From Podarcis gaigeae (taxonomy: Eukaryota): 64,000 nucleotides of DNA. Positions 1 to 12,360 of this stretch are shown in pieces. Position 1 is the first letter of the stretch; each line of letters starts with the position of its first letter. The DNA lies in assembly GCA_964106915.2 (NCBI GenBank), contig OZ066917.1. One strand, given 5' to 3'. Made by a program: the position numbers and the translations under genes. The notes under the pieces were generated by a model, which was not told where the DNA came from, did no database searches, and was given only the letters and a program-made list of their open reading frames with translations.

Positions 1-2976
1 AAATGGAACCAATGAAAAGCAGCCATTCAGAGCAGCACTCTAGAGATGTTTCCTGTACTAGCACTCTTAAAATAGCCAGGCTAGGCTGGGGTGGGAATGT
101 AAACGCCATAATTTCACTGGTAATAAGACGCCAGTTACTTCTGCATTTAAGTGGTCTCTTCTTCCTGCCTTTACCCTGCCCCCCAACCATTTGTCAAAGG
201 TTTCTGGCAGATGATTGTTGGAATCCAATAGCTGCCAAAGTTTTGGTCAATCTGTCACAAACCAATTCCAAAAGAAGGACAGGGCTGCTTGGTGACATGC
301 TGCAGTCAGTGTTAGAAACTGAGATATTTAAGCTAGGCATCAAATGGCTCCTTAAACCAGGGTTACAGTCGCCAAAATGGAATGCCTATGCCTAGTTGCC
401 ATTTGTGGGCAGATGGCTCGAAAGTCGTATTTTTCAATTTGTCTTTTTGGTTCCTGAAATTCATTCTGATTGTGCAGATAAACACAAATTCTACAGGATG
501 TGTTGCTAGTGTGTGAAAACAGTCAGGATCCAAGGATCTCCAGGCATGCACCTCCAGACGGTGGAGACGTTACGTGTCATCCTGGCACCTGGCCATCTTC
601 ACTTGGTCGCAAGTGGCTGACAGCCAGGTGCAAAATACACCTGGTGAAATTCAAACACTGGCTACGGCGTATATTTCAGTACTCCGGGAGTCTAGCAACG
701 TCTAGAAAAGCCACAAATTTCCCATCCTGGGCCAAGCTTAAATGTCCTCTTGCCGATTTCCAGTTATGCCAGTCTCTAGGTCGGATCTCTGACTTTGCGT
801 ATGCCAACACCATACTGCTGCTGCTGAAACTCCCCCAGGCTTTGAATGCTGATGACACATTTCTCAAGAAAAAGAAGTTGCACAAGTCCATACTCCAGCT
901 AAATGGAGACATGGGCTAGATGATTTGGCAACCGGTGAAGAATTCCCCATCGTGCACCTGCCTCAAACATGCAAAGCAGCAGTAGCAGGGTGTGGGTGGG
1001 AGAATCTGCAGCATTGTAGAGGCAGAGAGCTCTTAAGCTTCCTGCCATCCACCTATTTTCCCTTGCCGACTCCTCCCATCGAACCACTTCCCCCCAAATC
1101 TGATTGCAGGACTGGATTTTCTAGACAAATAAGGAAACATATCCTGGAAAGAAAGGTAATGTTGCAGAGGAAACCAAGTGGTAGAAGAATGGTTAACCAC
1201 TCTTTCTTCCAACTTTCCTCTCTCTGTGTCTCTCTCTCACACAGGTGACTACCTGGCCCTATTATGCAAGTTAGAAGACTGGGAATCCTGCCTTTTGCAC
1301 TGAGTGTCTAATTCTATTCCATGTCCTTAGATCAGGATACTGTATTACATTCAGACTATATACACATTACAAACATATGCAAAGCAAAGTCATTGCCAGC
1401 AGAGACATATACTGCTAGCAGCTTGATGTTCCAGCAACATTTCAGAATAGCTACTTACCTTTCCCAACCCCCCAAAAAATTCTTTCCCCCCCAAAAAAAA
1501 AGATCCAGGAAAAGTGACAGCCCGGCCTAACCTTCAGCTGTCATGTGATTGGCCAGTCCAAGCCCAGATGCACTCTGCTGGCGACATCATATCCCTCCGG
1601 ATAATTGACAGAAAAGCCTGTTCACGGACACAAGACGACGTCTTTGTTGCTGTTCAATATGGCATGTTTTCCTTTAAAATATTCTTATTTTATAAGACCC
1701 AAGTATAAAATAAGAATATTGAGGCAGGCGAAAAAAATACAATATTGGCGAAAAGATTCACACTTACCTAACCCTTATATGAAGCGTGCAAGCTTCTGTG
1801 CATTGGTCTATTGTGGGTGTGATATCGCCAGCAAAGTGCATACTGAGGACCTGCAGCGAAAAGAGAAATGGAAGCAAATCAGTTCAAGTAAGTGTTGTGC
1901 TGATAGGCCTGTCAGAACAAACCATGGGAAGCAGGCAGGCAGGCAACTATATTGACTCAACAGGCATACACATGTGCTAAATCATCCTTGGAAATCATGC
2001 CAAGCAGCACAGCTTTGCAGGGAACCACTATTTATTTTTTAGAAAACCTATACGCTACCTTTCATGACAAAATTCAAGACACAATTCAGTGGAGCAATAC
2101 CGGCAAGATATATAAACCTAAAACTGCACAACATTAAAAATAGCAGTAGTTAAACCTAATAAATACCGTAATAATAATGCGGTGCTCTGTAGTTTATATA
2201 CCACCGTTCATCACAAGATCTTAGGGCGGTTCACAGGGGAAAAGTACAAGGTAAAAGCACAAATAAATAGGGGAAGAAAATCAACAAAACAATAAACCCC
2301 TTCCCACAAACACATTTAAAAGGCTGTGGAATATTAATCAGCCAAAGGCAGTTTGAATCCCCCCCCCCAGAAGCTTACAGAATATGTTCAAGTAGGGGCT
2401 ACACAAAATTATTATTATTATTGGCAGCCCTGAATTTTTTAAAGGCTGATGTTTTACTGCGCTTTTAATACTTTGTTGAGAGCCGCCCAGGGTGGCATGT
2501 AAATATCATCAACATCTTCTCCTCACGTGGAGAGAATTCCACAAGCATGAAACCACTATGGAAAAGGCTTATTCTCTACCAATGCCAGACTCATAAGCAG
2601 GATCTTCCAAGGCCAATCCCACACGCTGTATAGCATTGTGCAGGGTCCACACGCTAAACAAAATCTGCAGAAAAAGGGAATAATCTAAAGCTCCCACACA
2701 CACAACAGGCGCACTCCATTCATACACAGGTATAGCTTTACATGCTGTGACAGACAACCCACTTGAAAGGGGCTCAAAAAACAGAGTAACTGTCAGGCTT
2801 CGGGGAACTGGATCCCTCCTGCAGTGGCAGTAAATAAGCAGATCAAACGAAAGGAGCGTTCTTACCAGATAATTTCTTTAATAATCACAGCAAGAGACAA
2901 AGGAATGCCTATCACTCTAGAAATGGCGTTGCTCCCAGTAAAGGTCCACCCCCCCTCCGTCCTCATTAATCTACGT

Positions 2977-3231
2977 CATAGGTAGGCAAACTAAGGCCCG
3001 GGGGCTGGATCAGGCCCAATTGCCTTCTAAATCCGGCCCGTGGACACTCCAGGAATCAGCGTGTTTTTACATGAGTAGAATGTGTTCTTTTATTTAAAAT
3101 GCATCTCTGGGTTATTTGTGGGGCATAGGAATTTGTTCATTATTATTTTTTCAAAATATAGTCCGGCCCTCCACAAGGTCTGAGGGACAGTGGACCGGCC
3201 CCCTGCTGAAAAAGTCTATGCCACTCCTATG
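2977..3231. mobile_element. Non-autonomous hAT (Charlie-like) DNA transposon remnant
   Basis: Terminal CATAGGTAGGCAAACT...CCTATG and sub-terminal GGCCC motifs typical of hAT MITEs. Confidence 0.6.
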
Positions 3232-5847
3232 TCAGGTAATTTGAGCTTGTCGCCGCTGTGCTTTGTGTTCTATCACTCTCAGAGCCCTTCTAGTCTTAGG
3301 CAATGGTGGGGGGGGGGTCAGGAATGCTTTCCAAGGACAGTGAATCTGCTAGCTGTCTCTCTCCTGGTGTTTCTTCTTCTAGCTGCTCCTCACCCAGCAT
3401 CTCCCAGCTTTCCCCCTCTGGACTATGTCCCTCTGCAAACCACTGTTCTAATTCAATACTGTCCTCCTGCCCTTGTGAAAGTTCAGATAAAGGGGGGCAA
3501 CGTGATTCCCACCATTCCTCCTCAATCCAGTCCCTGACAATAACACAGGCCCTACAAGCAACAGCCTATAACTTTTTTCTGTACTGTTTTGTGATCTTAT
3601 TGTACACATATTCACCACTTCCTCAAGGGGCATGGCCACAGAAAGGGTGTGTCCATGTTTCTGCAAACATTTGTCATATATATATGAACTTTAAGACTTC
3701 TACTACAAGTAACTTCAAGCGTTGAAACCAGTGCTGATCATTTGGTGTCTGACTGGTGTTTGCTCAGTGGCTCAAGAGAACCCGATGGTTGATTTTCTAT
3801 CTGACCAAAAGAACACAAGTTGCTGCTTACTGAGAGGCTGTAAATAGCTTTTTTTTATTTATGAAAAAGGAGCAAATAATTATCCAAGCAGAGATTCATG
3901 CAACCACCAAAGCGAAAAGTACAGAACATCACTCAATGTTTCCTCCAGCTGACAACGACACCAACAAACCACAATCAGTAGCTTCCCCACAGACACACAC
4001 TGCAGCAGTCTCACTTCGTTATCTGGTTTCTTAATGCTTCTGCTTTTTAAACTTTACAGTCAGGATGACTAGTGGATGTTAGCGATATTGGGCATCAAAA
4101 TGCAGCGTAAGGAATCAAGACAGTTTTTGCTGTCAGGAGTCAGCTAAAAAACACTTTGAGGTTTTTAAACTGCTTTGAGAGGGGTGTTCCGTTTCACTTT
4201 TACAATCTAGCGTTGTATAAATTTTATGAAATCCAAAATAAACAAGCTAGGAAGTTTCCTAGGCAAAAAGGTTTGGACAAAACTGACCCAGCTATTGGAA
4301 TAGTCTTCCCTTGTCCCTCAAACGTAGGCATTTCACCAGCTTCTCAGGATCCAGTTACCCATAAAAGTTTTAAATGCCCATGCACCAGCATCAAATATCT
4401 AGTGACAGGAGACAAACAAGAACTGGAAGATATTCAGACCAATCGTTTTTGTCTTCCATTTATCTTAAGCCACAAGAAGCCAACTTCTAATATCCATTCT
4501 ACCCTCCTGACAATCATTCAGGAACCATATTTTGTCATGTCAACTGATCAGCTTAAAAGCGGTTTGACTTCATAATAGAGTTGGAACCACACTAGAGAAT
4601 TCAAGGAGAAATGTATTCTAGAACAAAATGCCTTTAAAAAATAATAATAATAAATGATATCTATCTAACTATATTTTCATTTTTTTCCAAACTTGTAATA
4701 TTTATCCCATCTTCCTTAATGGCAACACTATAAGGAATTTCTGCCACACCTTGACAAAATTTTGTGGTGATGCCGGGGACCAGACTTGCCCCCTAGCAGA
4801 TCATTTTTGCCTTAAACCACCCTAATTCATACAGGTAACATTAAAATAATAATAAATGCAGTTTCTGATAAAGGGTGAAGGAGTGCAACATTAAGGCATA
4901 TCTTCACAAGAAACCAAAACTGCTTTTTCATTGTGATCATTTCCTCATGAGGATCTAAAGTTCTTGGAAATTGGTGCCACATATCTAATATAGAGTTCTC
5001 AGAACTGGCACAGAACTTTAGTTCCTCGTTCTAGGCAATGCTAATTTTGTAGTTATCTCAATTACAAAAGCGTAGGAAAGGATTTTAACACTGCAACCGT
5101 GTTAACAAAAATCAAACTGCCAAGCAAAATAGTTTAAGAACTGATGACTATTTAAGGTTGCCATGGCAATGCTGCTAAAGATGAAAACTTCAAATTATTT
5201 TGTAGGATTGCACTGCAAAACAGGTTTACACAAAAAGAAGACATACTGTGTTCAACGGGGCCCACTGGACCAACATCTTCCTCAAGCTGTCCACTACAAC
5301 CCTAAGGTTGTGCTCCAACAGTTCAGACCCTCATGAGTGTATGTGTGAAATTAAGATTTATTTTGCCCCAATGTGCAATCTGTTTACCACAGTGACCAAC
5401 CAGAGGCCTATGGGAAGTCAACAAGCAGGGACCTCAACTGCAACAGTTCCCTTCCACTACTGATCCTTAGGTACCAAGGGTGGGGTTTTATTGATGCAGT
5501 ATCATAAAAAGGCTCAAAGGAACCCAGCAAGTGGGCTGGCAGGGTCACAATGGTCATTTTGCATGGGGCAGAGATTTCAGCACCATGATCAACTCAGAAT
5601 ACATATTTTAAAAAAGAATAGAAACAAGATGTCTTATAGGCCAGCTCCATGTGTATTCCAGCATCTCAAGAATCACAGGGTTCATTTTAAAAAAGAATGA
5701 AGAAATGTAGATTGAATTCTAGCCTTTATAAGCTGTACAGATAGGCTTGAAAGCATGTGAGCAGTGCTTAAGGCTTTCTCCCAGGTAAGTCGGGTTAGGG
5801 ACGGAAGCCTTACTGTGTTTATTTTTATTTGTTCTTACACTTTATGT

Positions 5848-6199
5848 CAGAGGTCAGCAAGGTTTTTGTGGCTTGGGCTGGTTCATGGTCCCACAGACGC
5901 CGCAGTGGGCCAGAGTGCGCGCGCACACACATGTGCAAACGCTATTTCCAGTGCTTCTTCCGGCATGGAGGAGGCGTGTGCAGCTTCCCATTGGCTGCAG
6001 GACCTTCCTGCAGCCAATGGGAAGCCGGCCAGAGTTGCGTAAGGCGGTCCCCACTCTGCTCTGTGCCAGTTTAGTGTGGTGCATAGGAGCCGACCGAGCA
6101 GGTAGCGGGGGTCCCCAAGCGGACAGCAGGGTCCAATGGCTGGTTAAACAACCCCCATGGGCCGCTTGTGGCTCATGGGCCTTAGGCTGCTGACCCCTG
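5848..6199. mobile_element. Non-autonomous hAT element
   Basis: TIRs CAGAGGTCAGCA / TGCTGACCCCTG; 8-bp TSD ctttatgt / cgttatgt. Confidence 0.75.
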
Positions 6200-6304
6200 C
6201 GTTATGTTAATGTTGTTTTTACAGCACACTGTAAAGCCACTTTGAAACACTTCTGTGGAAAACAACAACAAAAATAACACATAAAATATAATAAATAACT
6301 GATA

Positions 6305-6520
6305 TTCAGAGGGGTGCAGCCTCTGACCCTGGAGGTAGTACACAGCCATCATGATTGGTAGCCATTGATAGCTTTCACCTCCTTGAGTCTAAGCCCCTTT
6401 AAAAATTGGCCAGGCTGGTGGTAATCATCACCGTGTCTTGAGCTAACAGATTCCATAGTTTACCTACCAGCTGTGTGAAAAAGTACTTCCTTTCATCCGT
6501 CCTTATTCTCCCACCAGTCA
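6305..6520 (-). mobile_element. CR1 LINE 3' fragment
   Basis: Resembles the squamate CR1 3' region (gatagc...tccatagttta...tgtgtgaaaaagtacttcctt); a related copy lies at about 14295-14525. Confidence 0.55.
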
Positions 6521-7274
6521 GGTTCGTTGTGTTTTAAATAATAAACTCTGGACTCACATGGAAGTCTAAGCAAAATGACCACATGAGACAAGTTACTCTT
6601 GTCGCATTTCATAAACACCCCCCTCCCCAAACGTGTGTTTCCTTTACCTACAATGATGAATACTCTTTCATACGTAAGTTACACCTGCAATGGGAAATGA
6701 GCATGAAACAGATTCAACAGCAGTTACTAAATTTGATTACCAAAAGAAATAGCAAAAAACCTGAGTGTTTAATTAATTTACTTTAAAATTTCTTTCAAGT
6801 AAGTCCGGAAATCCCCTTTTCTCCTCTCACACAGTGATTGGGCAATTTACACATGACGCAGAAAGAACTAACAGTATTCCCAAACTGGCTTGACATATTC
6901 TATGTTCCACACCGAAGGCTAGATTTTCTAGCGCAGTGCTGAAATAACAAGGCCAATGGGTTGTCCTCAGTATTGCTTTTCTATGCTTTTTGGAAGTAGA
7001 GTTAAGTACCTGAAATGCAAATAAAGAGCAGCTGAGACTGCTTACAACTAAACACCAGCAATAAATGTTATATGGCTGGAAAGAAGACTGACTTAGTGCT
7101 AAAGTCTTCCTGTCTAAATCATAACAATGGTTTAGCCATTGCTTAAACGCTACAAACAACATTACTGCCAAAGTTTTACCAAAAATAAATAGTCAAGTAT
7201 TTACTATCTTGTTTTATACAAGACTGGAGCAATATGAAAGATTGGATAAATAGATAACTAGAATCCTAGTTAAC

Positions 7275-7362
7275 GGCTAAATCCTATACGTGTGTACTCA
7301 GAAATAAGTCCCACTCAGTTCAATGGGCTTACTCTCAAGTAAGCTAATACAGGACTTCAGCC
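7275..7362. repeat. About 90-bp imperfect palindromic MITE-like repeat; related degenerate copies near 8490, 14630, 32250 and 32695
   Basis: aatcctata...tactcagaa.taagtcccact.agttcaatggg.cttactc...agga motif recurring in the window. Confidence 0.5.
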
Positions 7363-10082
7363 TAGATGTGCAGGTTTTTTAATACTCAAATTGGTAAGTC
7401 CTCCTCATCAGCATTCATTCTCCCTTGCTTTTTCACTGTGTCTTACACTTCAATTTTGTCCCCTACTTATAGATAGCGCCAGCTCTTTTTTCTTTCAAAC
7501 CCCTCAAAGTTTTTTCTCAAAGCCCAACTTTGCCACATACGTCTCATCTTGCAGATACCATCTTATCAGGAAGTCCATTCCATGTGATGTCAAAAATCAA
7601 GCTTTTAGTGTGTAGGCACCTACACATGCGTTACATACCAGACAGGCGCATCTCTGTTGTCTTTTTGGCATCTGTTGAAGACATCTCTCCTTCAAGAGAC
7701 CTTCTAAGTGGAGATTTCTATCTCGGTCAGTATCTACAATGGACATGAAATTGCTTCTATATGCAATAGCTTTTTTCCCTTTTATTTTATGTGCGCTATG
7801 GTTTCATATGAGTTTTTAATGTACTGCAATGTTGCTTCCGAGATGCTTCATAGGAAAGAATTCATAAATTAAGCAAGCCTTTAGATTAATCCCTTAATTC
7901 CTATTTTTTAACTGAACAGAGTTTAAGTGTGTATAATTGGACCAGCTCACTTTCCTATATCCTTCTGCTGTCTTCTTCACTGTCAATTCAGTTTGGAAGC
8001 AACTCAGGGAAAGGTTCTGTGTTTTTGCTTATGTAACTTTACAGTACTATGTGCACTCTGTGAAACTAAACAGACCTTTGTGTCTTTAAATTTTCTTTAA
8101 AAAAAACAAAACCTGCCATTTATCTCAATAAAATATACAGTTTAGCAGGCAGAAACGCTATGTTATATTTATTGACTGACACACGCAAAAAAAGATTATT
8201 GAGATTTTAAGTACATAGAACCTACCAACATATGTTATACAGTACTTCCTATAATGGTCTGTTTTGTATTCCATGCATTTAGCTTCAAGAACTGAGGAAA
8301 AAACCATTCTATATAAATATAAAAATCAACATAAAACCTATTATTGAGACAAATGTCCCATGGTGAGAGAGTATCATATCATCCACATCCAGGTCAAGTA
8401 TGTGGATGTTTCTTATGTATACCCATAACTTATGGAAACTGATTTTGAATGGTCTGGAAAATGATGCAAATGCAAGCTGTTACGCTAAGAATGAAATCCT
8501 ATACATGCTTTCCTTAGAGCAATTCCTATTAAACTCAGTGAGGTTTACTTCTGCGTAGACATGCACAAGATTGCAGCACACAGGAAACATTTGCATATCT
8601 TTACTGCCAAGTGTTCAGGGTGTTAAAAAAAGAAAAGACTTACAACAACAACAGCACAGCACTGCAGCAGGGAACAAATGACTAAGAAGATTGTCAGAGG
8701 TTGAGAAACCTTAGCAGAGAAAATCTCATTGCTTTTCAGCTGTTTTAACTTTTAAGGATTTGTTGAATAGTTATTGTGGAGGAAACAGTTGCTTTTTTCC
8801 CAGTGCAAACATTCATGGGCACTTCCTTACCAGAATAAACATCTGCACCATGGAATGTTGAGCAGACATTATGCCCTTTTAGATTTCATTTTTTACCAGC
8901 AAAGAAGAACCAAATACAGTAATCAAACCCAGAGTTTGAGAATCAACACACTTCTGCCTATGATCAAAATGTGAACACTTAAGAATTGCTATGATATTGA
9001 AGATGCAAAAGGAAAATAGCACAAGGTTATATATATGTCAGTGTAGGTACACATGCAGTCCTCTGCACCAGTCATTAATCAAATCTGGTGGCTACTGAGC
9101 TGTTCACAATTCCCCAGTTCTGTGCCACATCAGATAGTAGGAACAAACGTATGGTACTTTTACTTTGATCTTCCACCACCAAAACCTTTCAGAGGGCAAG
9201 CTTTTCTCATTTAATTACAGTACTTAGCAAAAAAAAAAACAAAGAACAAGTTCTCTGTGCAGCTTACAGAAAAGTTAAGATCATAACAATGTCCAAATTA
9301 AACACAAACGTAACATCTAACAGACTAAAGCACAGTAGCAGAATGAAACCCAAGAAAATACAACAACAGGGAACAATAATAGCGCAAGAGATATAAAAAT
9401 CAGATCTAAAGTCACGGATCATGGCATCTGTACATTGCAACTTTGAACCATTTTAGAAATCTGATATAAAAGAAGCAGCAAATGGAACAGCTTCAAACCA
9501 GTATTTACTTAATTTCATCACATGACCACACACAAGGATTTAAGGTGCATTGGGTAACCTTTCCTGGTGCAGAGTTTCAGCACAATCAGGAGGGAGCCAG
9601 CAAGCATCAAGGGCCAAAGATTAAAAAAACAAAAAACACAAAGCTAGCAGGCAGCCAAGCTTCCAGCTAAAGAGCATGAATGTTTAAAGATGTGTCTAGT
9701 CTTCCTGTACAGAGTCCAAGATAACAAAAACAACAACAAAATTATGCCCAGTTTATTCCCAGTAAAAAAATAAGGGAATCCAAAAGGGTAATCCAAAAGT
9801 AGCACATGACAGAATCTTGCGGTCAAGACTACAATTGAAATGTTTACCATACAGTAATTTAACTTCTGCACCACCATGCACATTACCAGTTCAATTAGCG
9901 AGCAGCATTCAAATAAGGCCTGAAGGTTTCCTCAGGGGACATTTCAGCATGTCATAATAATGTATCTCCATTAAGAAAAGCGACACGAAAACATAGTTTA
10001 CATCTCTATTTTTTCCATTATGTAAAAAGCAACTGACTTTTGGCCTCTGTCCCACTCCCTATGACCCTAAACAAGCCTGCAA

Positions 10083-10194
10083 ACCACCATTGTAAGAGGC
10101 AAATTATGTAATGTGCATTTCAGAGAGGGCTTTTGCAAATGCAAAAGGCCTCTCTGAAATGCACATTACATAATTTGCCTCTTACGATAGTGGT
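10083..10194. repeat. Near-perfect inverted repeat (55-bp arms, 2-nt spacer)
   Basis: 10083-10137 is the reverse complement of 10140-10194 with 3 mismatches. Confidence 0.95.
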
Positions 10195-10779
10195 ATATAT
10201 GGTGGTGATGGTGGAGTGTAGAGAGAGAGAGAGAAAACAGATGCCCAAAGCAATTTGACCTTCTGTTCCCCCTTTAGCTTGGAAATGCTGAATTAGGAAA
10301 CCGCAGAGGCCTGGCTATTTGCACACATTTTGAGGGATGCTCATTCTTCTTCAAGGAAGTGCAGGTTTGACTTGAGAAGAGGCTCACACATGTGCATCTG
10401 CATTTATCCAGACCCTGGGCCTTGAGAAAACGATACTAGCAAGACACCACAAAACAACCATAATGTGTATCTGAAGGCAATGAAGAAAAAAACAGAGGAG
10501 GAATGGAGTCGCATCCACCAGGCAAAGAAGCGATGGGGGGAGTGTCCAAGCAACCAGAGCAAATGCCTCCTTGCTCATCTAATACCCCACCATGTACCCA
10601 CCACCCTAACCTCCATAGAGCATCCTTTTGCCATAGACACAGTCGCTGTTCCCGCCCCTTTGGAATCTAATGCAACTCTCCTCCTCCCGCCTCCACAGCC
10701 AAGGGCAGGTGGAATTAGCAAATCGCCTTGACATTCATGGCGCTTCTACAAATAAATAAGGTTTCGATGGAGGGGGGCG

Positions 10780-12000
10780 GGGGAGACAAACACAAACGCG
10801 CGCGCAACATAGTGAAGAGTTTTGTGTCACCCTATATGGATGAGAGAAAAAGCAAGGCGAGGAACGGAAGGACCCCTGCAAGACACACACAAACGCACAC
10901 ACTCCCTCTTCTGCTTACAGGATTTGAGGCAAGTGTGCTAACAAGCCTTTGTTCACGGCAGGCGCTTGCATCAAAGGCGATCTCTATCTCTCTCGCGCAC
11001 ACACCCATCTCTTTCCCCATCCCTGCCCTTCTCCTCCTTCCTCCAGGACCAGAAAGCACAGAGAGAGAGAGTGCGCCACCCCCAGCCTCACCGTAGATCA
11101 TGGCCAGGCCGGTCTCGTGGAGGAAGCGGACGCGGCGGTGCTTGAAGAGCCAGATGGTGAGGATGGTGAGCGTGAGCAGCAGGATGAACGTCAGGAGGCT
11201 CACGCTGTCTTGCCGGTGGCTCTCCTCGGCTTCTTTCTCCGTGGCGATCTCCTCCAGGGCGCTGCTGCTCCGCTCCCCGGAGCACGGCCCGGGAATTCGC
11301 AGCAGCAGCAGAAGCGAAAGAAGCAGGAGCGGAGGAGGGCGCGTCATGCTGCTGGTCGTGCTGGGGCCACCGCCGCCGCCGCCTCCCCCGGTGTTTCTCT
11401 CTTCCCCCGGCCCGCAGCAGCTGCGCACCGAGCCGCCCGCAGCCTCTGCAATGCCTGGCCAGCCTCTTAACGCTCGCTCAGCCTGTGGCCGCCAAGCCAG
11501 GAGCAGCAGCTTCATCCCCAGTGGCGCGCGCGCCGCCGCCAGACTCCGCCTCTGCGCGGGTCCTCTCCGCCAGGCAGGCCCCGGCAGGCAAAGTTTGCCG
11601 GCTGCTGTAGTCCTTGCTGCGTTGCTACTGCTCCGTCTCTCGCCGTTGCCGTCGCCGCCCCGCCTCTTTTAAGGCCTGCCACGCTCCCAGCTGCGCGGCG
11701 GCGGCGCCACCTCCTTGCGCTCCCGCACTGAGGCGGGATTTGCGCCGGCAGCGCAACCAGGCGGGAGAACGGCCGTACCATTGCAGGCAATATATATATT
11801 TTCCGGGGGAATATCGTGTCCGGATGCTCCCCGCGTCTGGTGCCTTGGAAAGGTCTGCTGCTGACGGTTGTTGTTGTGTTTAATTGGGCGAGAGTTAAAG
11901 AAGCATATTCGACAATGTAAGGCGCCCCCCCGCCACTTCCTGAAGTGGTGCAGGCCATGCTACCGCCTCCTTCCGCAGCCAGGGTACACCACAAGCTGAG
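10780..12000 (-). promoter_or_regulatory. CpG island / promoter and exon 1 of SLC9A7
   Basis: High GC and CpG density around exon 1, with GC boxes, an ETS-like ACTTCCTG near 11935 and an AT-rich TATA-like stretch at 11789-11800. Confidence 0.75.
11092..11347 (-). CDS. SLC9A7: Sodium/hydrogen exchanger 7 (NHE7), coding exon 1; the remaining exons lie beyond the left edge of the window
   Basis: Translation [16 protein letters not shown]...[57 protein letters not shown] matches the NHE6/7/9 N-terminus; the DSVSLLTF...RRVRF variant and the position next to RP2 indicate NHE7. It ends at a phase-1 donor TAC G|GTGAGG (11092/11091). An in-frame upstream ATG lies at 11515. Confidence 0.93.
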
Positions 12001-12175
12001 TAGAGAAAGCTCAAAGTCCCTGGAGTTGCCAGAGGGTGGGCATCCGGTTCTTGTCGATGCTGCTCTCTCAGAAATTGCAAACCTAGAAGTGAAAAGGGAG
12101 CTTAGTGGGAAGCTTGGGGTTTGGGGCTGCCGCAACGCCTGTTCCATTCTCAGTGTCCCTCCAGCAAAAAAACAA

Positions 12176-12360
12176 GAGAGCCTTTGTGGTGTTGTGGTGA
12201 CAGTCTTGGACTAGTACCTGGGAGACCAGGGTTCAGATCTTCACACAGCCATGAAGCCCGCTGGGTGAGGATTAAATGTGGAAGTGGAGAAGAACCATGT
12301 ACGCCACCTTGAGCTCCTTGGAGATGAGGTGGAATATAAACGCAACCAATAAATTAAAAC
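12176..12360 (+). mobile_element. tRNA-derived SINE (MIR/Squam2-like) with L2-type tail
   Basis: A-box-like gtggtgttgtgg, B-box-like gggttcagatc, tail ttgagctccttggag...atataaa...aataaa. Confidence 0.55.

Noticed and set aside
3-1250. Several 60-140 aa ORFs and a minus-strand acceptor-like site at 1143
   Set aside because: No recognisable domain and no resemblance to NHE7 exon 2; all frames after the acceptor stop early or look non-coding.
10728-12214. Long overlapping ORFs on both strands around SLC9A7 exon 1
   Set aside because: Expected by-products of a stop-poor CpG island; low-complexity Arg/Pro/Ala translations.
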